A stretch of DNA of 64,000 nucleotides from a virus (Duplodnaviria; Heunggongvirae; Uroviricota; Caudoviricetes), in IMG/VR virus record IMGVR_UViG_3300006204_000424, positions 22,382 through 86,381 of that record. One strand, given 5' to 3'. This document shows, in pieces, positions 28,195-37,874 of the stretch. The notes under the pieces were generated by a model. It saw nothing but the letters and a program-made list of their open reading frames with translations, ran no database searches and was not told where the DNA came from. The stretch's first letter is position 1; each line of letters opens with the position of its first letter. The position numbers were made by a program, and so were the translations under genes.

Positions 28195-29667
28195 TCAGTC
28201 ATTATTTTTGTTTATAGTAGAAACTGAACCTCTATTGCTCAGTTTGCTAACAAGAAGGAGTGCAACTACAGATGCTATAAGTCCCCAGATTACATAAGGC
28301 ACAGGAGATTTAAGCAAGGTAGCAATGATACAGCCCAAAATTCCGCATATCATACTTGCTCGTATACCCGCAGTAGTCACCATATTTCTTTTGCGAAGAA
28401 AGTATCCCAGATACATAGGCGCAGCCAAACCAGCAGCAGAATATGCGTAGGTTGTTACAATCGCATTCAATACGTTTGGATAAATGATAGAAAGCGTTGC
28501 CGCAAGGATTAACACAATAACCGAAAGAATCCTTGAAATCTTTAGCAATTTTTTGCTGTCAGTTTCCGGATGTGCCGACTGATAAATATCATGTGTCAGA
28601 TTTACCACAACAGACTGTGCTGCTGAACTTATGGTAGACATAATTGTTGCTACTATCAGACCAGCAAACAGTGCAACCAAAAATATTGGCATCTGCGTCA
28701 ATAGCCATCCAGTGGCATTTTCTCCTTCTATATTAGGGTTCATAGCATGTATTCCCAGACCTAATATACAAGACCAAGCTAATCCTATCAGGATAATTAT
28801 GGCGCTGATGATCAAACTTCTATTAACTTGTTTTTTGTTCTCAATTGCACAAATCCTCTGAAAATACATCTGGTTTGTCATGCCGCCAGGTAATGTAGAA
28901 AAGATCCATAAAAATACAGTGCCCCAACCAACACTAATAAAACCTCTTGGCATTTCAATGATTTCAGATGGGACTCTAACTTTGATATCTGCCACAGAGC
29001 CGCCATTCCGCATAACGAAAGCAAAAGTAACCAGCATGATTACAAGCATAAAACAGCCAAAGAAAAAGTCTGTCCATGCTACTGTTTTCATGCCAGAAGG
29101 CATGACAAAGAGAATGCTGCATATCGCCATTGCAATAATTAGAAATTCCAAAGGCAATCCAGTGATTTCCCGATAGATTTTTGCAAAAGCGGTCATCTGG
29201 GAAATAAGCCAGCCAAATGGCACCAATATAGTTAAGATAGATGCACATACTTTTACAAAACGGTCATTGTTACTAAAACTGCCTACCATATCAGGAATTG
29301 TTTCAAATTCATTTTCTCGTATCCAATTACCAATGAGCATATAAATCAAAAATGGCAAAACAGCAAAAACAGCATAGATTATCATGGCTAAACCATTGTT
29401 ATACGCATTGCCAACCTGCCCGACAAGCACGCCTCCGCCCATTGCACTGGCAAACTGAGTGCCTATTATCACATAAAGCGGCAGGCTTCGACCACCAATA
29501 TTCCAATCTTCTGTTGCATCAGCTTTCTTCTTATTTCGCTTATTGATCACAGTTGTGAGGAAAAAACTCAAAGCCAAAATTGTAATTGTTGCTATAACTG
29601 TAATAATCGCTTTTGTCGTCATTTTTTTCTCCTTTCTGTTGAAATAACAATTCTCAGGATTCATCAT
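28195..29667 (-). CDS. Sodium:solute symporter family transporter
   Basis: 490 aa, multi-pass membrane protein. GTQFASAMGGGVLVGQ region typical of the SSS family. Confidence 0.65.
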   Translation of the reverse strand: MMNPENCYFNRKEKKMTTKAIITVIATITILALSFFLTTVINKRNKKKADATEDWNIGGRSLPLYVIIGTQFASAMGGGVLVGQVGNAYNNGLAMIIYAVFAVLPFLIYMLIGNWIRENEFETIPDMVGSFSNNDRFVKVCASILTILVPFGWLISQMTAFAKIYREITGLPLEFLIIAMAICSILFVMPSGMKTVAWTDFFFGCFMLVIMLVTFAFVMRNGGSVADIKVRVPSEIIEMPRGFISVGWGTVFLWIFSTLPGGMTNQMYFQRICAIENKKQVNRSLIISAIIILIGLAWSCILGLGIHAMNPNIEGENATGWLLTQMPIFLVALFAGLIVATIMSTISSAAQSVVVNLTHDIYQSAHPETDSKKLLKISRILSVIVLILAATLSIIYPNVLNAIVTTYAYSAAGLAAPMYLGYFLRKRNMVTTAGIRASMICGILGCIIATLLKSPVPYVIWGLIASVVALLLVSKLSNRGSVSTINKNND

Positions 29668-29682
29668 ATATATGATGAATCC

Positions 29683-29712
29683 ATCATAATCGATTATCGA
29701 TTATTTGTCAAT
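29683..29712 (-). promoter_or_regulatory. Promoter of the transporter/OCD operon with embedded direct repeats
   Basis: On the minus strand: TTGACA - 17 nt (aataATCGATaATCGAT) - TATGAT. A 16-bp perfect palindrome CATCATATATATGATG spans the start codons at 29662-29677. Confidence 0.45.
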
Positions 29713-29746
29713 AGATTGATTTTCATACAACTCATATTTATCATTA

Positions 29747-29775
29747 TTGACAAATGTTCTCAAAAAATGTAAAAT
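29747..29775 (+). promoter_or_regulatory. Divergent plus-strand promoter, probably for gntR with a long leader
   Basis: TTGACA - 17 nt - TAAAAT. Confidence 0.4.
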
Positions 29776-30114
29776 ATTTTCGTCAATATATACCCAATGT
29801 AGATTAAATGAAAAAAATCAAAAGCGGAAAAATGGAAGAAATAGGAATATATGTATTATTTGTACTGACACTGACAAAAGAAACGAATAAGTGAAATGAC
29901 ATATGATTCATTAGTTAAATTTCTGGGTTTTTAAGAAATAAAAAATACTATCTATAATAAATAAAAATATTATGAAGTAAAACTTCATTTATGTGTCTAT
30001 ATGTCGAAATTACAATATATGATTTTTTCGTTGTAATTTAACGTCAATGTTTCGCTATTTGCTCCTGGCTTGTATACATAACTTCTGTTCAAAAAGGAGG
30101 ATACACAGTAGATT

Positions 30115-30762
30115 ATGAAAGCAATTACTTTAAAGCAACAAATTTACCAGATACTAAAAAAACGTATTTTAGAGGGAGAGTATGCTTTGGGCGGAAAACT
30201 AAATATTGATATAATCCGCAAAGAGTTCTCCGTCAGTCTTGCGCCAGTTCGCGAAGCCTTAACTCTTTTAGTTAAAGACAATCTGGTTGTAATGAATCCA
30301 AATACCGGTGTTCGGGTAATTGATTTTGATCCGAAAGCATATTATGAATTAACAGATGCAGTTAATGGATTATTGCTGGGTGCTTATGAAATCTGTTGTC
30401 GACGTAACAAAAAACAAATACTTCTGGAACATCTTTCACTACGACTTGAAAAGTTTTTAGAAAGTGTAGCTTCTGGCACCGACCGTGAAAAATTTTATGC
30501 CATTCTATTGTTTGATCGTTGCTTTGTTACTGCTACAGAAAATAATATGTATATTGACATTTTTGATAATAGGTTAGACTATTTATATCTGGCATATAGA
30601 TATAACCATCAAAATCGGTCTATTGACTGGGAGCAAGCAATTCGGCGCAATAAAATCTTGCTAGAAGCTGTTCAGGCCGATAAGATTGATATTGTAAGAG
30701 ACATTTTGTATGAAAGAATTAGTCCACATATTGCAGATGAGAAAAATGGACGGATTCCTTAA
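30115..30762 (+). CDS. GntR-family transcriptional regulator (FCD-type C-terminal domain)
   Basis: N-terminal winged HTH: IYQILKKRILEGEYALGGKLNIDIIRKEFSVSLAPVREALTLL. Confidence 0.7.
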   Translation: MKAITLKQQIYQILKKRILEGEYALGGKLNIDIIRKEFSVSLAPVREALTLLVKDNLVVMNPNTGVRVIDFDPKAYYELTDAVNGLLLGAYEICCRRNKKQILLEHLSLRLEKFLESVASGTDREKFYAILLFDRCFVTATENNMYIDIFDNRLDYLYLAYRYNHQNRSIDWEQAIRRNKILLEAVQADKIDIVRDILYERISPHIADEKNGRIP

Positions 30763-30952
30763 ATTTATAATTTATTATCGCAGATATATTTAATCTATAT
30801 AAATTAAAGACAGCTCGATGTTGGAGTGGCTTCTGACAGGAATCGGGGGCGGACATTTTCTTGGACTGGTTATGCCGCATACATATGCTAAAGCATTTTT
30901 TATCAACCCCCAGTATAACCGGGGTTTTGTCTTGCCTATTCGGCGCACAATC

Positions 30953-30987
30953 AAAAAAGTCATTGTATAAAATACAATGACTTTTGA
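30953..30987 (-). terminator. Hairpin terminator for the minus-strand 31006-31305 gene
   Basis: AAAAGTCATTGTAT aaa ATACAATGACTTTT, 14-bp perfect stem. T-run on the minus strand. Confidence 0.5.
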
Positions 30988-31005
30988 TTAGGTATGATAT
31001 TTATT

Positions 31006-31305
31006 CTATTCATTATTAGCTAATTGACCAATACACTCTTTAGCTTCTTCTATGGTCAAACCTTTTTCTTGGATTAAGGAAAGAAGTCCTTCAATTTCCT
31101 CATTCTTTTTTGCTATTTCGAGTTCTTTTCTTTCAGCTTTAAGTTCCTTCAAAAGTTGTTCTGTTTCTGCAATTTTCTTGATGTTCTCATCTAAGCGTTC
31201 TGCAATCGTTTTAGGACTTTTGTTCTTGCGGATTCCTCTCATATCATCAGTACCTCCAAATAGTATTATTATCAGTCTAAGACAAAAAACAAAATTTTTC
31301 AACAC
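31006..31305 (-). CDS. Small coiled-coil hypothetical protein
   Basis: Charged heptad-like sequence (...KKIAETEQLLKELKAERKELEIAKKNEE...). Probable start at the internal Met (MRGIRKNK). Confidence 0.3.
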   Translation of the reverse strand: MLKNFVFCLRLIIILFGGTDDMRGIRKNKSPKTIAERLDENIKKIAETEQLLKELKAERKELEIAKKNEEIEGLLSLIQEKGLTIEEAKECIGQLANNE

Positions 31306-31432
31306 ATATGATTATAAATTTTAACGCATAAAAATACCCCGCATTATTCTTGACACTACCAAGCTGATGGATAATGTTGCGTTTTCCTTCTGTCATTTGT
31401 ACCCGATGTATGGGTTTCTTCTGTTTTGCCAT
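31287..31432 (-). pseudogene. Truncated ribbon-helix-helix-like small ORF reading across the 17-bp repeat
   Basis: Strong RBS TAGGAGGATC - 10 nt - ATG. N-terminus MAKQKKPIHRVQMTEGKRNIIHQL is RHH-like. The frame degenerates right after the repeat. Confidence 0.3.
31326..31342. repeat. 17-bp direct repeat copy 1 (GCATAAAAATACCCCGC)
   Basis: Exact match to 35087-35103. Confidence 0.5.
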
Positions 31433-31647
31433 AATAAAAGATCCTCCTATGATTTAGATTTTACCATAGAAGAACCTCTTCAATTACATATTTACAGAAA
31501 AAGTTTCACACTGCCTCCATATGTTGAATTGACGCTTACCAAACTTTCGCCACATAGTATCATAGAAGCTCTCTATTTATAGACTTTTGCTCCCATGCCC
31601 AACTTTTGCTTACAGACTCGAAAATGTTGCAATGTCCCTTTTATTAG

Positions 31648-33615
31648 TTACTCACTTTTCTTTGACTGATTTTCAAGAAAATCATATCCATTTTTCGACA
31701 TTTGAAAAATCGTTCTATCTGAATTCCGTTGTACCACAAATCCGACACGAATTAACTCTTCCAATGCTGCTTCCATTTTCACTATTTCACGTTGGTCATT
31801 ACTATTATTCATAGGAATACTTCCAGCCTGTATTACTGTTCCAGATAAATCTTTAATTACAAGTATTTGACCTGTAGAATCTTTTCCAGCATTGCTCAGA
31901 ATAGAAAAAGCTGTGTCATTTATTTTTACAACATTTTTAGAAGTTATTTTTAAAACTTCAGTGATAAATCTATTTCTTTTTTCTTCCCAATTATTCCTGT
32001 ATTTTAAATTAAAAATCTTTTTCAGCTTATCATAAACTTGGTTTAATCTATCTTTGACCTCCATCTCCTCATTATCAAGCTTAATAGCCGCTATTTCATT
32101 TCTTACAACACCATTCATCATGTCAAAGTCAAAATGCGGAAGTAATATAGATGTAAAACTGGTTTTTAACGCCCATGCAGCACCCATCTCATTTAGGCTT
32201 ATGATACTATTATAATAATTTTCTGAATGAATAAAAAATACATATAGATCATATTCTAAAAACTGTTTTTTTAAATAATCAAAAATATTTTCATCATTTG
32301 GTATATTGTATCCTGGTAAAGAACTACAAAAAATTTGCTCATCCCATAGTCCCATGTCTTCAAAAAGTTCAACCAATAATTTTACATAGGGAGCATCCTT
32401 GGAAGAATGGCTTATAAATATTTTAGGGAACTTTGTTTTCATTTTGACTTCCTCCTTAATTTGTATAATATTCTTTTTAGTTTTTGTCGAATGGCATATT
32501 TCGTACATTGGACAATTTACATATCTATCTTTATAATTGTTTTCTTTTATGTCATATGTCAATCTCTGAAATTCTCTATCTCTATTTCGATGGGCTACCA
32601 AATATCTTTCTAGGTACTTTTTCACTGCTTCGCTTCTTTCATAAAAATACCATTCACTAATGTTAGTCGCAATATTCTTATCATAAACATATAGCGATAA
32701 GCCTCTTGCAATCCCTTCTTTCACTCTATCATCTTTATACCAAATGGAAGGGCAATCTAAAATATCTTTTATATAGTCATAATTATTTTTAATAAAAGTT
32801 TGATCTCTCCAAATATTCGTTAATGCCCATTTTTTAGGTTGCAAATCAAGATTATCTATAAAATCATTTACACTACAATCCAAATTCAAATCTCTCACAC
32901 TAAAACTCTTTTGTAAATTAAAAGTTGTCATTGCAAATTTCTGCACATTGATATTATCATGACGTAAAAGGTCTGAAAATATTTCTTTTTTAAAAGATGA
33001 TGCCGGGTTTTTAATACAATTGCGATTTATCATATTATATATTGTCGCAAGGAAACATAATTCAGTTGCATCATTATTATTTATTATTTTATCAATTTGT
33101 TTTTTGCTCAGACGTTCGATTGCACCTTTAGCAGAATTTTTAGGGGAAAAAAATTTAGCTAATTCAATTTTAGACTTTGTAAGTTTGCAATCTGCATTAG
33201 ACATCTTGTCCAAATACTTACCATTTTCTTGATTTCTAAAAAAAATCTCTGAAGCCATCAACATTTGATTATATTTATCATTTTCGTAACGAAATGAATC
33301 TTCTGATAAATAATCTAAAGCTGGCAAATTTCTTGATACACATAAACGAAGTACACATCTTCTCACAACCTCATCATTATGCGTAAGCAAATTATCCAAT
33401 CTTTTATTTAAGAGTTCTTGGCATCGAACACAAAAGTATCTTCTCTTTTCTAAAATATCCAACATATGATGAAGACCATTTATAATTAAACGATTGTCAT
33501 CTGAATATAAATATGATATATATCTTTTAAAATCACACTTGGTTTTTCCTTCTCTAGGGAAAGCGCATACTCTCTCAGCATGGCAAAATTTGCTATTACC
33601 CAAAGTTAAATTCAC
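31648..33615 (-). CDS. TIR-domain protein with an approximately 390-aa alpha-helical N-terminal domain
   Basis: TIR hallmarks KIFISHSSKD (beta-A), central conserved region, and FIHSENYYNSIISLNEMGAAWAL (SxNYxxSxWCxxEl-like alpha-E). Confidence 0.6.
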   Translation of the reverse strand: MNLTLGNSKFCHAERVCAFPREGKTKCDFKRYISYLYSDDNRLIINGLHHMLDILEKRRYFCVRCQELLNKRLDNLLTHNDEVVRRCVLRLCVSRNLPALDYLSEDSFRYENDKYNQMLMASEIFFRNQENGKYLDKMSNADCKLTKSKIELAKFFSPKNSAKGAIERLSKKQIDKIINNNDATELCFLATIYNMINRNCIKNPASSFKKEIFSDLLRHDNINVQKFAMTTFNLQKSFSVRDLNLDCSVNDFIDNLDLQPKKWALTNIWRDQTFIKNNYDYIKDILDCPSIWYKDDRVKEGIARGLSLYVYDKNIATNISEWYFYERSEAVKKYLERYLVAHRNRDREFQRLTYDIKENNYKDRYVNCPMYEICHSTKTKKNIIQIKEEVKMKTKFPKIFISHSSKDAPYVKLLVELFEDMGLWDEQIFCSSLPGYNIPNDENIFDYLKKQFLEYDLYVFFIHSENYYNSIISLNEMGAAWALKTSFTSILLPHFDFDMMNGVVRNEIAAIKLDNEEMEVKDRLNQVYDKLKKIFNLKYRNNWEEKRNRFITEVLKITSKNVVKINDTAFSILSNAGKDSTGQILVIKDLSGTVIQAGSIPMNNSNDQREIVKMEAALEELIRVGFVVQRNSDRTIFQMSKNGYDFLENQSKKSE

Positions 33616-33898
33616 TCCTAGTATTCCAGTTCTAAAGTATTAGATTTTTGAAAAAATATCAATTTAAATATATTTTAAGCAATAAAATCTTACTCAACAA
33701 TATTTTACTTTCTTTATTATGTAAATTTTTCCAATATAATAATTTCTATACTAATCCAAATATCATATCTAAATTTCACACTTTTAAAATGAACATGCCA
33801 TACTAAGGATATTTATATCATTTTAACCTGATTTTCTACAGCTTATCAAACAGCTTTCACTGAAACATCATATTTCTTATAACTTTGATTGTCTTATT

Positions 33899-34690
33899 TC
33901 ATATTGTCAAAAATTTATCTATATCCAGCCATATTAATTTACCAATCTTTTTCCCATCACTATCTACTTGAAATATTCCGAAATATTTGCCCTTTTTATT
34001 TTTTTTATATATTTTTGTATAATGATTAACAAAATAATCAGCTGCTCCTATAGTTCCATTTGTACCACAGCCAAAAATAAGGTGAATTGTTTTTGGCTCT
34101 ATTTCTGAATTATTTTTATCTATAGTTATTTTAATTAAAATACCCCATCCTCTTCCTCCTTTAGAATATGGATAAAAAGTACCATCAATTAAAAAACCTT
34201 CATTTCCTTCATCCGATACTTCAATAAATTCATAATTTAATTTTTTTAAATTTTCGTCCCTTTTGTACTTATTCAAATGTTCATTCGTAACTATCCATTT
34301 AATATTCTTTAAATATAAATTAAAATAGTGATTTACATACTCGTTTGAAACTGGTCCCCCTATATGTATTTCATCATATAATACATTTTTTTCATTATTA
34401 AATAAAATGGTGACACCTATTTTATTTAATAAAAAACTTATATTATACATTAGATGTATTTCATCTAAAATTACGACATCACGTTTTCTATCCAGTATCT
34501 TACTTTTAAATTTCGGAATTGATACAAAACATTTTGGAGGATATGTTTTGAAGCATAATACTTTTTTTAGTATTCGAATTTTATTTTTTTCTTGTAAAAA
34601 ATGTACAAAATATACAAAAAACACAAAGTAGAGCAATTTTGTATATTTAATAAAGTTAATAAAAAAAGTTATTAAATCTAAAAAATCCAT
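33899..34690 (-). CDS. Membrane-anchored protein with a Gly-rich GCGTNGTIG motif (possible nucleotide-binding effector)
   Basis: N-terminal TM helix LLYFVFFVYFVHFL. C-terminal LIFGCGTNGTIGAADYF P-loop/Rossmann-like glycine motif. Confidence 0.4.
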   Translation of the reverse strand: MDFLDLITFFINFIKYTKLLYFVFFVYFVHFLQEKNKIRILKKVLCFKTYPPKCFVSIPKFKSKILDRKRDVVILDEIHLMYNISFLLNKIGVTILFNNEKNVLYDEIHIGGPVSNEYVNHYFNLYLKNIKWIVTNEHLNKYKRDENLKKLNYEFIEVSDEGNEGFLIDGTFYPYSKGGRGWGILIKITIDKNNSEIEPKTIHLIFGCGTNGTIGAADYFVNHYTKIYKKNKKGKYFGIFQVDSDGKKIGKLIWLDIDKFLTI

Positions 34691-35086
34691 AAAACTATTA
34701 CCTCATTGCCAAACGAATTAACACAATCAATTGAATCAATCTTAAATCTACCATCATCTTTCTAATAATCCTATATAATCCTCCTTGTAAAATTTTTCTA
34801 TTAATTCTACTATTTTTCTATGGCTAGGATATAAATCCGAATTATACTTCACACCTAATGCTACTGCTACCATTAAAATAATTATAAAAAAACTACAGCT
34901 CCGGATATTGCCACCATATTTTTATAATCTGTATTAATAATATCACCTTATTTCTAGTATATGTAGAATAAGAATTGTCACAACAAAATAAATCTAATAT
35001 TATAGACACTCTTATACTATCATGCCCTAAGACAAATTTCAACATTTTCCAACTAAAATATATTCTATCTTATTTTCATTTCTGAT

Positions 35087-35103
35087 GCATAAAAATACCC
35101 CGC
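35087..35103. repeat. 17-bp direct repeat copy 2 (GCATAAAAATACCCCGC), about 370 bp from the integrase gene end
   Basis: Exact match to 31326-31342. Confidence 0.5.
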
Positions 35104-35210
35104 CTCTCAGCAAAGTATTCTCTTCCCTATTAATAACTTTTCTACTGAAACACATCAAATTATTTAACTAGAAAAATCATCACATTAAGGCTCCTTATTC
35201 TCATTGGCAT

Positions 35211-35468
35211 AAATTGGTGTAAGTGTGGTGTAAATCAACCAAAACCATAGAAAAAGACGTGCTGGAAATCCAGTAAAATCAGGCATTGTTGAACTTTATT
35301 CTTTCTTTTCATACAACCTTTTCTTTTCTTGTTTCCAATATTTAATAAATGCTGATTTTCCTTGATATTTCGGCATTTTCTCGATTTTTTGATTTCATTA
35401 AGTGTAGCAAATTATGATCTATTTCAGTATAATTTGGTACAAGAATGGTGTAAATTTTGGTGTAAATC
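35211..35468. repeat. Arm-type-site-like GGTGTAAAT repeats next to the integrase
   Basis: GGTGTAAATC at 35227, GGTGTAAATT at 35447, GGTGTAAATC at 35459. Larger conserved blocks AATTGGTGTAAGTGTGGTGTAAATC and AATTTGGTACAAGAATGGTGTAAAT. Confidence 0.45.
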
Positions 35469-35476
35469 TATTTGCA

Positions 35477-36664
35477 TTAATTTGTATATTCACAAGTATT
35501 CAGTAATACATCTCTCATTGATTTCATCGCAACATCGCTTGACATATGTGTATAAATATCCAATGTTGTTTTAACATTCTTGTGACCCATAATATACTGT
35601 AAAGATTTTATATCAATTCCACGTTCAATCATCCTTGTACAAAATGTGTGTCGCATAGAATGAGGCGTTATGGCAGGGATTTTATCGTGATGAAATTGGT
35701 TATACAAATTAACAGCATCTGATATACTTTTGTTAAGCATACAATAAGTTACAATTTTTGATTTTTTGTGTGATTTTAGAAGAAATTTTGAATAGCCATC
35801 TATAATAATTTCAATAGGTGTTTCCTCATCTCTCCTTTTTATCAAATTCAAAAATGAAACATATGCTTTATCAGAAATATATATCTCTCGCTTTCCTGCT
35901 TCTGTTTTTAGTGTATCGATTCTGAGTGGTGTGTTAGCGACATTATTGCGAGAACACAGCTGATGGTTTATGCTTAGTTCCCTATTCTTCAAATCAATAT
36001 CATCTAATGTAAGACCCAAAAGTTCTCCAACGCGAATACCTGTTTCTAACATTATGACAAATATGTCATAATACCACTGTATCTTCTTTGTATTCTTCAC
36101 AAATTCCAAAAATTCTGTTTCTTGATTTTGTGATAAAATAGCTTTTTCTTTGTAATTTGAAGGCAAAAAATCCAACTTAATATCGCATGGGTTTTTACGT
36201 ATCCAATCATCTTGTAAAGCAATATTAAAACAAAGTTTCAAAACACAATGATAAAATTGAATTCTTTCTTTGTGGATACCTGCGTTGTATAAACTTAAGT
36301 AAAATTCTTTGATATGAGAAGATTTCACTTTATTTATTTTCATTTTTGCAATTGGATACTTGCTGATGACGTTGATACCATATCGCATTTTTTGTGTAGT
36401 AGATTGCTTCCATTTTTTATTGCTTTCAAAATATATTTTTAGTAACTCTAAAACAAACATATTTCCATTATTAATAGATAACCCATCATCAATATCTTTT
36501 TGAAGTTGTTTTTCCTTTACACGCAATTCTTTTAATGTCGGCGCATATATGGTATGCCTTTTACCATAGCCATCACTACATCGATACATATAGTTACCAT
36601 CTTTACGCTGGCTTTCTCCAGTGAACAAATTCCTGCCCTTATTATCTTTTCTCTTTTCAGCCAT
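35477..36664 (-). CDS. int: Tyrosine recombinase / phage integrase
   Basis: C-terminal catalytic region HSMRHTFCTRMIERGIDIKSLQYIMGHKNVKTTLDIYTHM (R..H..Y). N-terminal arm-binding-like GRNLFTGESQRKDGNYMYR. Start set at MAEKRK (GGAGAGAGGAG RBS); the track ORF extends to 36715. Confidence 0.85.
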   Translation of the reverse strand: MAEKRKDNKGRNLFTGESQRKDGNYMYRCSDGYGKRHTIYAPTLKELRVKEKQLQKDIDDGLSINNGNMFVLELLKIYFESNKKWKQSTTQKMRYGINVISKYPIAKMKINKVKSSHIKEFYLSLYNAGIHKERIQFYHCVLKLCFNIALQDDWIRKNPCDIKLDFLPSNYKEKAILSQNQETEFLEFVKNTKKIQWYYDIFVIMLETGIRVGELLGLTLDDIDLKNRELSINHQLCSRNNVANTPLRIDTLKTEAGKREIYISDKAYVSFLNLIKRRDEETPIEIIIDGYSKFLLKSHKKSKIVTYCMLNKSISDAVNLYNQFHHDKIPAITPHSMRHTFCTRMIERGIDIKSLQYIMGHKNVKTTLDIYTHMSSDVAMKSMRDVLLNTCEYTN

Positions 36665-36752
36665 ACAAATTCGCTCCTCTCTCCTGCCGAAAAGAGCCTT
36701 AATGTGATAAAACATATTTTACCACATCAAGGCTGCAATTACAAATTCCTCG

Positions 36753-36986
36753 TCAAATTACATTTATCTGATTTATCTCTTTTTCAAAAAGTTCTCTTTT
36801 CAGCAAAGCCTTGTTGCCATTCCAGAGAAGATAATCTGCCCTTGGGTTGCTTCTGATTATCTCCCGCAGTTTCTTTTCTCCGATATTAAAATATTCTGCC
36901 GCTTCAAATACTGTCAGCGCATACTTTTTCCAGATAGGAACTTTATTGTTTTCCAGTGCTTCCAATACCTCCTCTGTTCTCTCCAC
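36753..36986 (-). CDS. xis: Excisionase / HTH DNA-binding protein (Xis-like)
   Basis: 77 aa. [27 protein letters not shown]. Immediately upstream of int on the same strand. Confidence 0.6.
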   Translation of the reverse strand: MERTEEVLEALENNKVPIWKKYALTVFEAAEYFNIGEKKLREIIRSNPRADYLLWNGNKALLKRELFEKEINQINVI

Positions 36987-37782
36987 TCAATTGGTCAACT
37001 TCCTCAAATTCAATTTGTGGTTGATGTTTCATTACCCTAAACTGACAGATGCGGTCATTTATATGGATTTCTGTATCTCTCAACGCATACGCTGGAAAAT
37101 GCCATTGATCGCCATTACCGCAATATGTCTCATCAATCAACCCCATATGATTTGTTTGAATCACACCAAAATTTTTAAATGTTGAACTCCTCGGAAGAAT
37201 ATGCGCTTCATAGCCCTTCGGCAGCTGCATAGCAACGCCAAGTGGGATCAACTTATATTCACCTGCTTTTAACGTAACATCCTCTGCTGCTCTCAAGTCA
37301 ATCCAATCGGATTTCCTATCAATGTATCTCAATTTTTCAATTTTATCTGTAAAATACTTAATTTTAATATCCATGTTTCTTTCTCCTTTGTTGTTTCTCT
37401 TATGAACTTCATTTATCTTCTTATCAGCAGTAAAATCTTCCGCGATTTGATATTTGGGTATAATCTTTGGCAAGCCACTTGTGTAGAATAGATTTTCCCA
37501 TGATTTTTTATTTTTGAATATCTCTTTTGACAAAGCACCTGCTGACTTTTTTCTTTTTAATTCAGTAATAGTGCCAATGGTTTCTATGTCTTCTTCTTTA
37601 GGGATTTGAACATTATGTGTTTCACAAATACGGCAATTATAGTACCAACGATATGCGTCATTTATTTCTTTTAATACTGGATAGTTTGTTCCTCTTATTC
37701 CTATCCAAAAATCATCGTCAATCAAAAATTTACCAGTTTGGCTATGATATTCACCTTGTATAAGATATAACATTTTTTGCAA
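36943..37782 (-). CDS. dut: dUTPase (trimeric type) with an approximately 135-aa N-terminal extension
   Basis: C-terminal half carries dUTPase motifs RSS.., [16 protein letters not shown] and RGGIGSTG. The N-terminal extension is unrecognised; an internal Met (MDIKIKYF) could be the real start. Confidence 0.65.
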   Translation of the reverse strand: MQKMLYLIQGEYHSQTGKFLIDDDFWIGIRGTNYPVLKEINDAYRWYYNCRICETHNVQIPKEEDIETIGTITELKRKKSAGALSKEIFKNKKSWENLFYTSGLPKIIPKYQIAEDFTADKKINEVHKRNNKGERNMDIKIKYFTDKIEKLRYIDRKSDWIDLRAAEDVTLKAGEYKLIPLGVAMQLPKGYEAHILPRSSTFKNFGVIQTNHMGLIDETYCGNGDQWHFPAYALRDTEIHINDRICQFRVMKHQPQIEFEEVDQLSGENRGGIGSTGKQ

Positions 37783-37874
37783 ATGGCTTAATGTAACTGA
37801 TTTTCCTTCCCTGCAACATTTATCAATTATGTATTTTGCTAAGTTTAGCCCCTTTAAATTTTTGCTCCTTTGAT

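Noticed and set aside
28631-29546. Plus-strand ORFs antisense to the symporter gene
   Set aside because: Embedded antisense to a clear multi-TM transporter gene.
34691-35476. Search for a tRNA or tmRNA gene as integration target next to int
   Set aside because: No cloverleaf-compatible segment and no GTTC-loop or CCA-end pattern found by eye. The region is simply AT-rich with the repeats described above.
36664-36715. 17-codon N-terminal extension of the integrase (MFYHIKALFGRREERIC)
   Set aside because: The internal ATG at 36664 has a GGAGAGAGGAG RBS and gives the typical integrase N-terminus. The extension has none.
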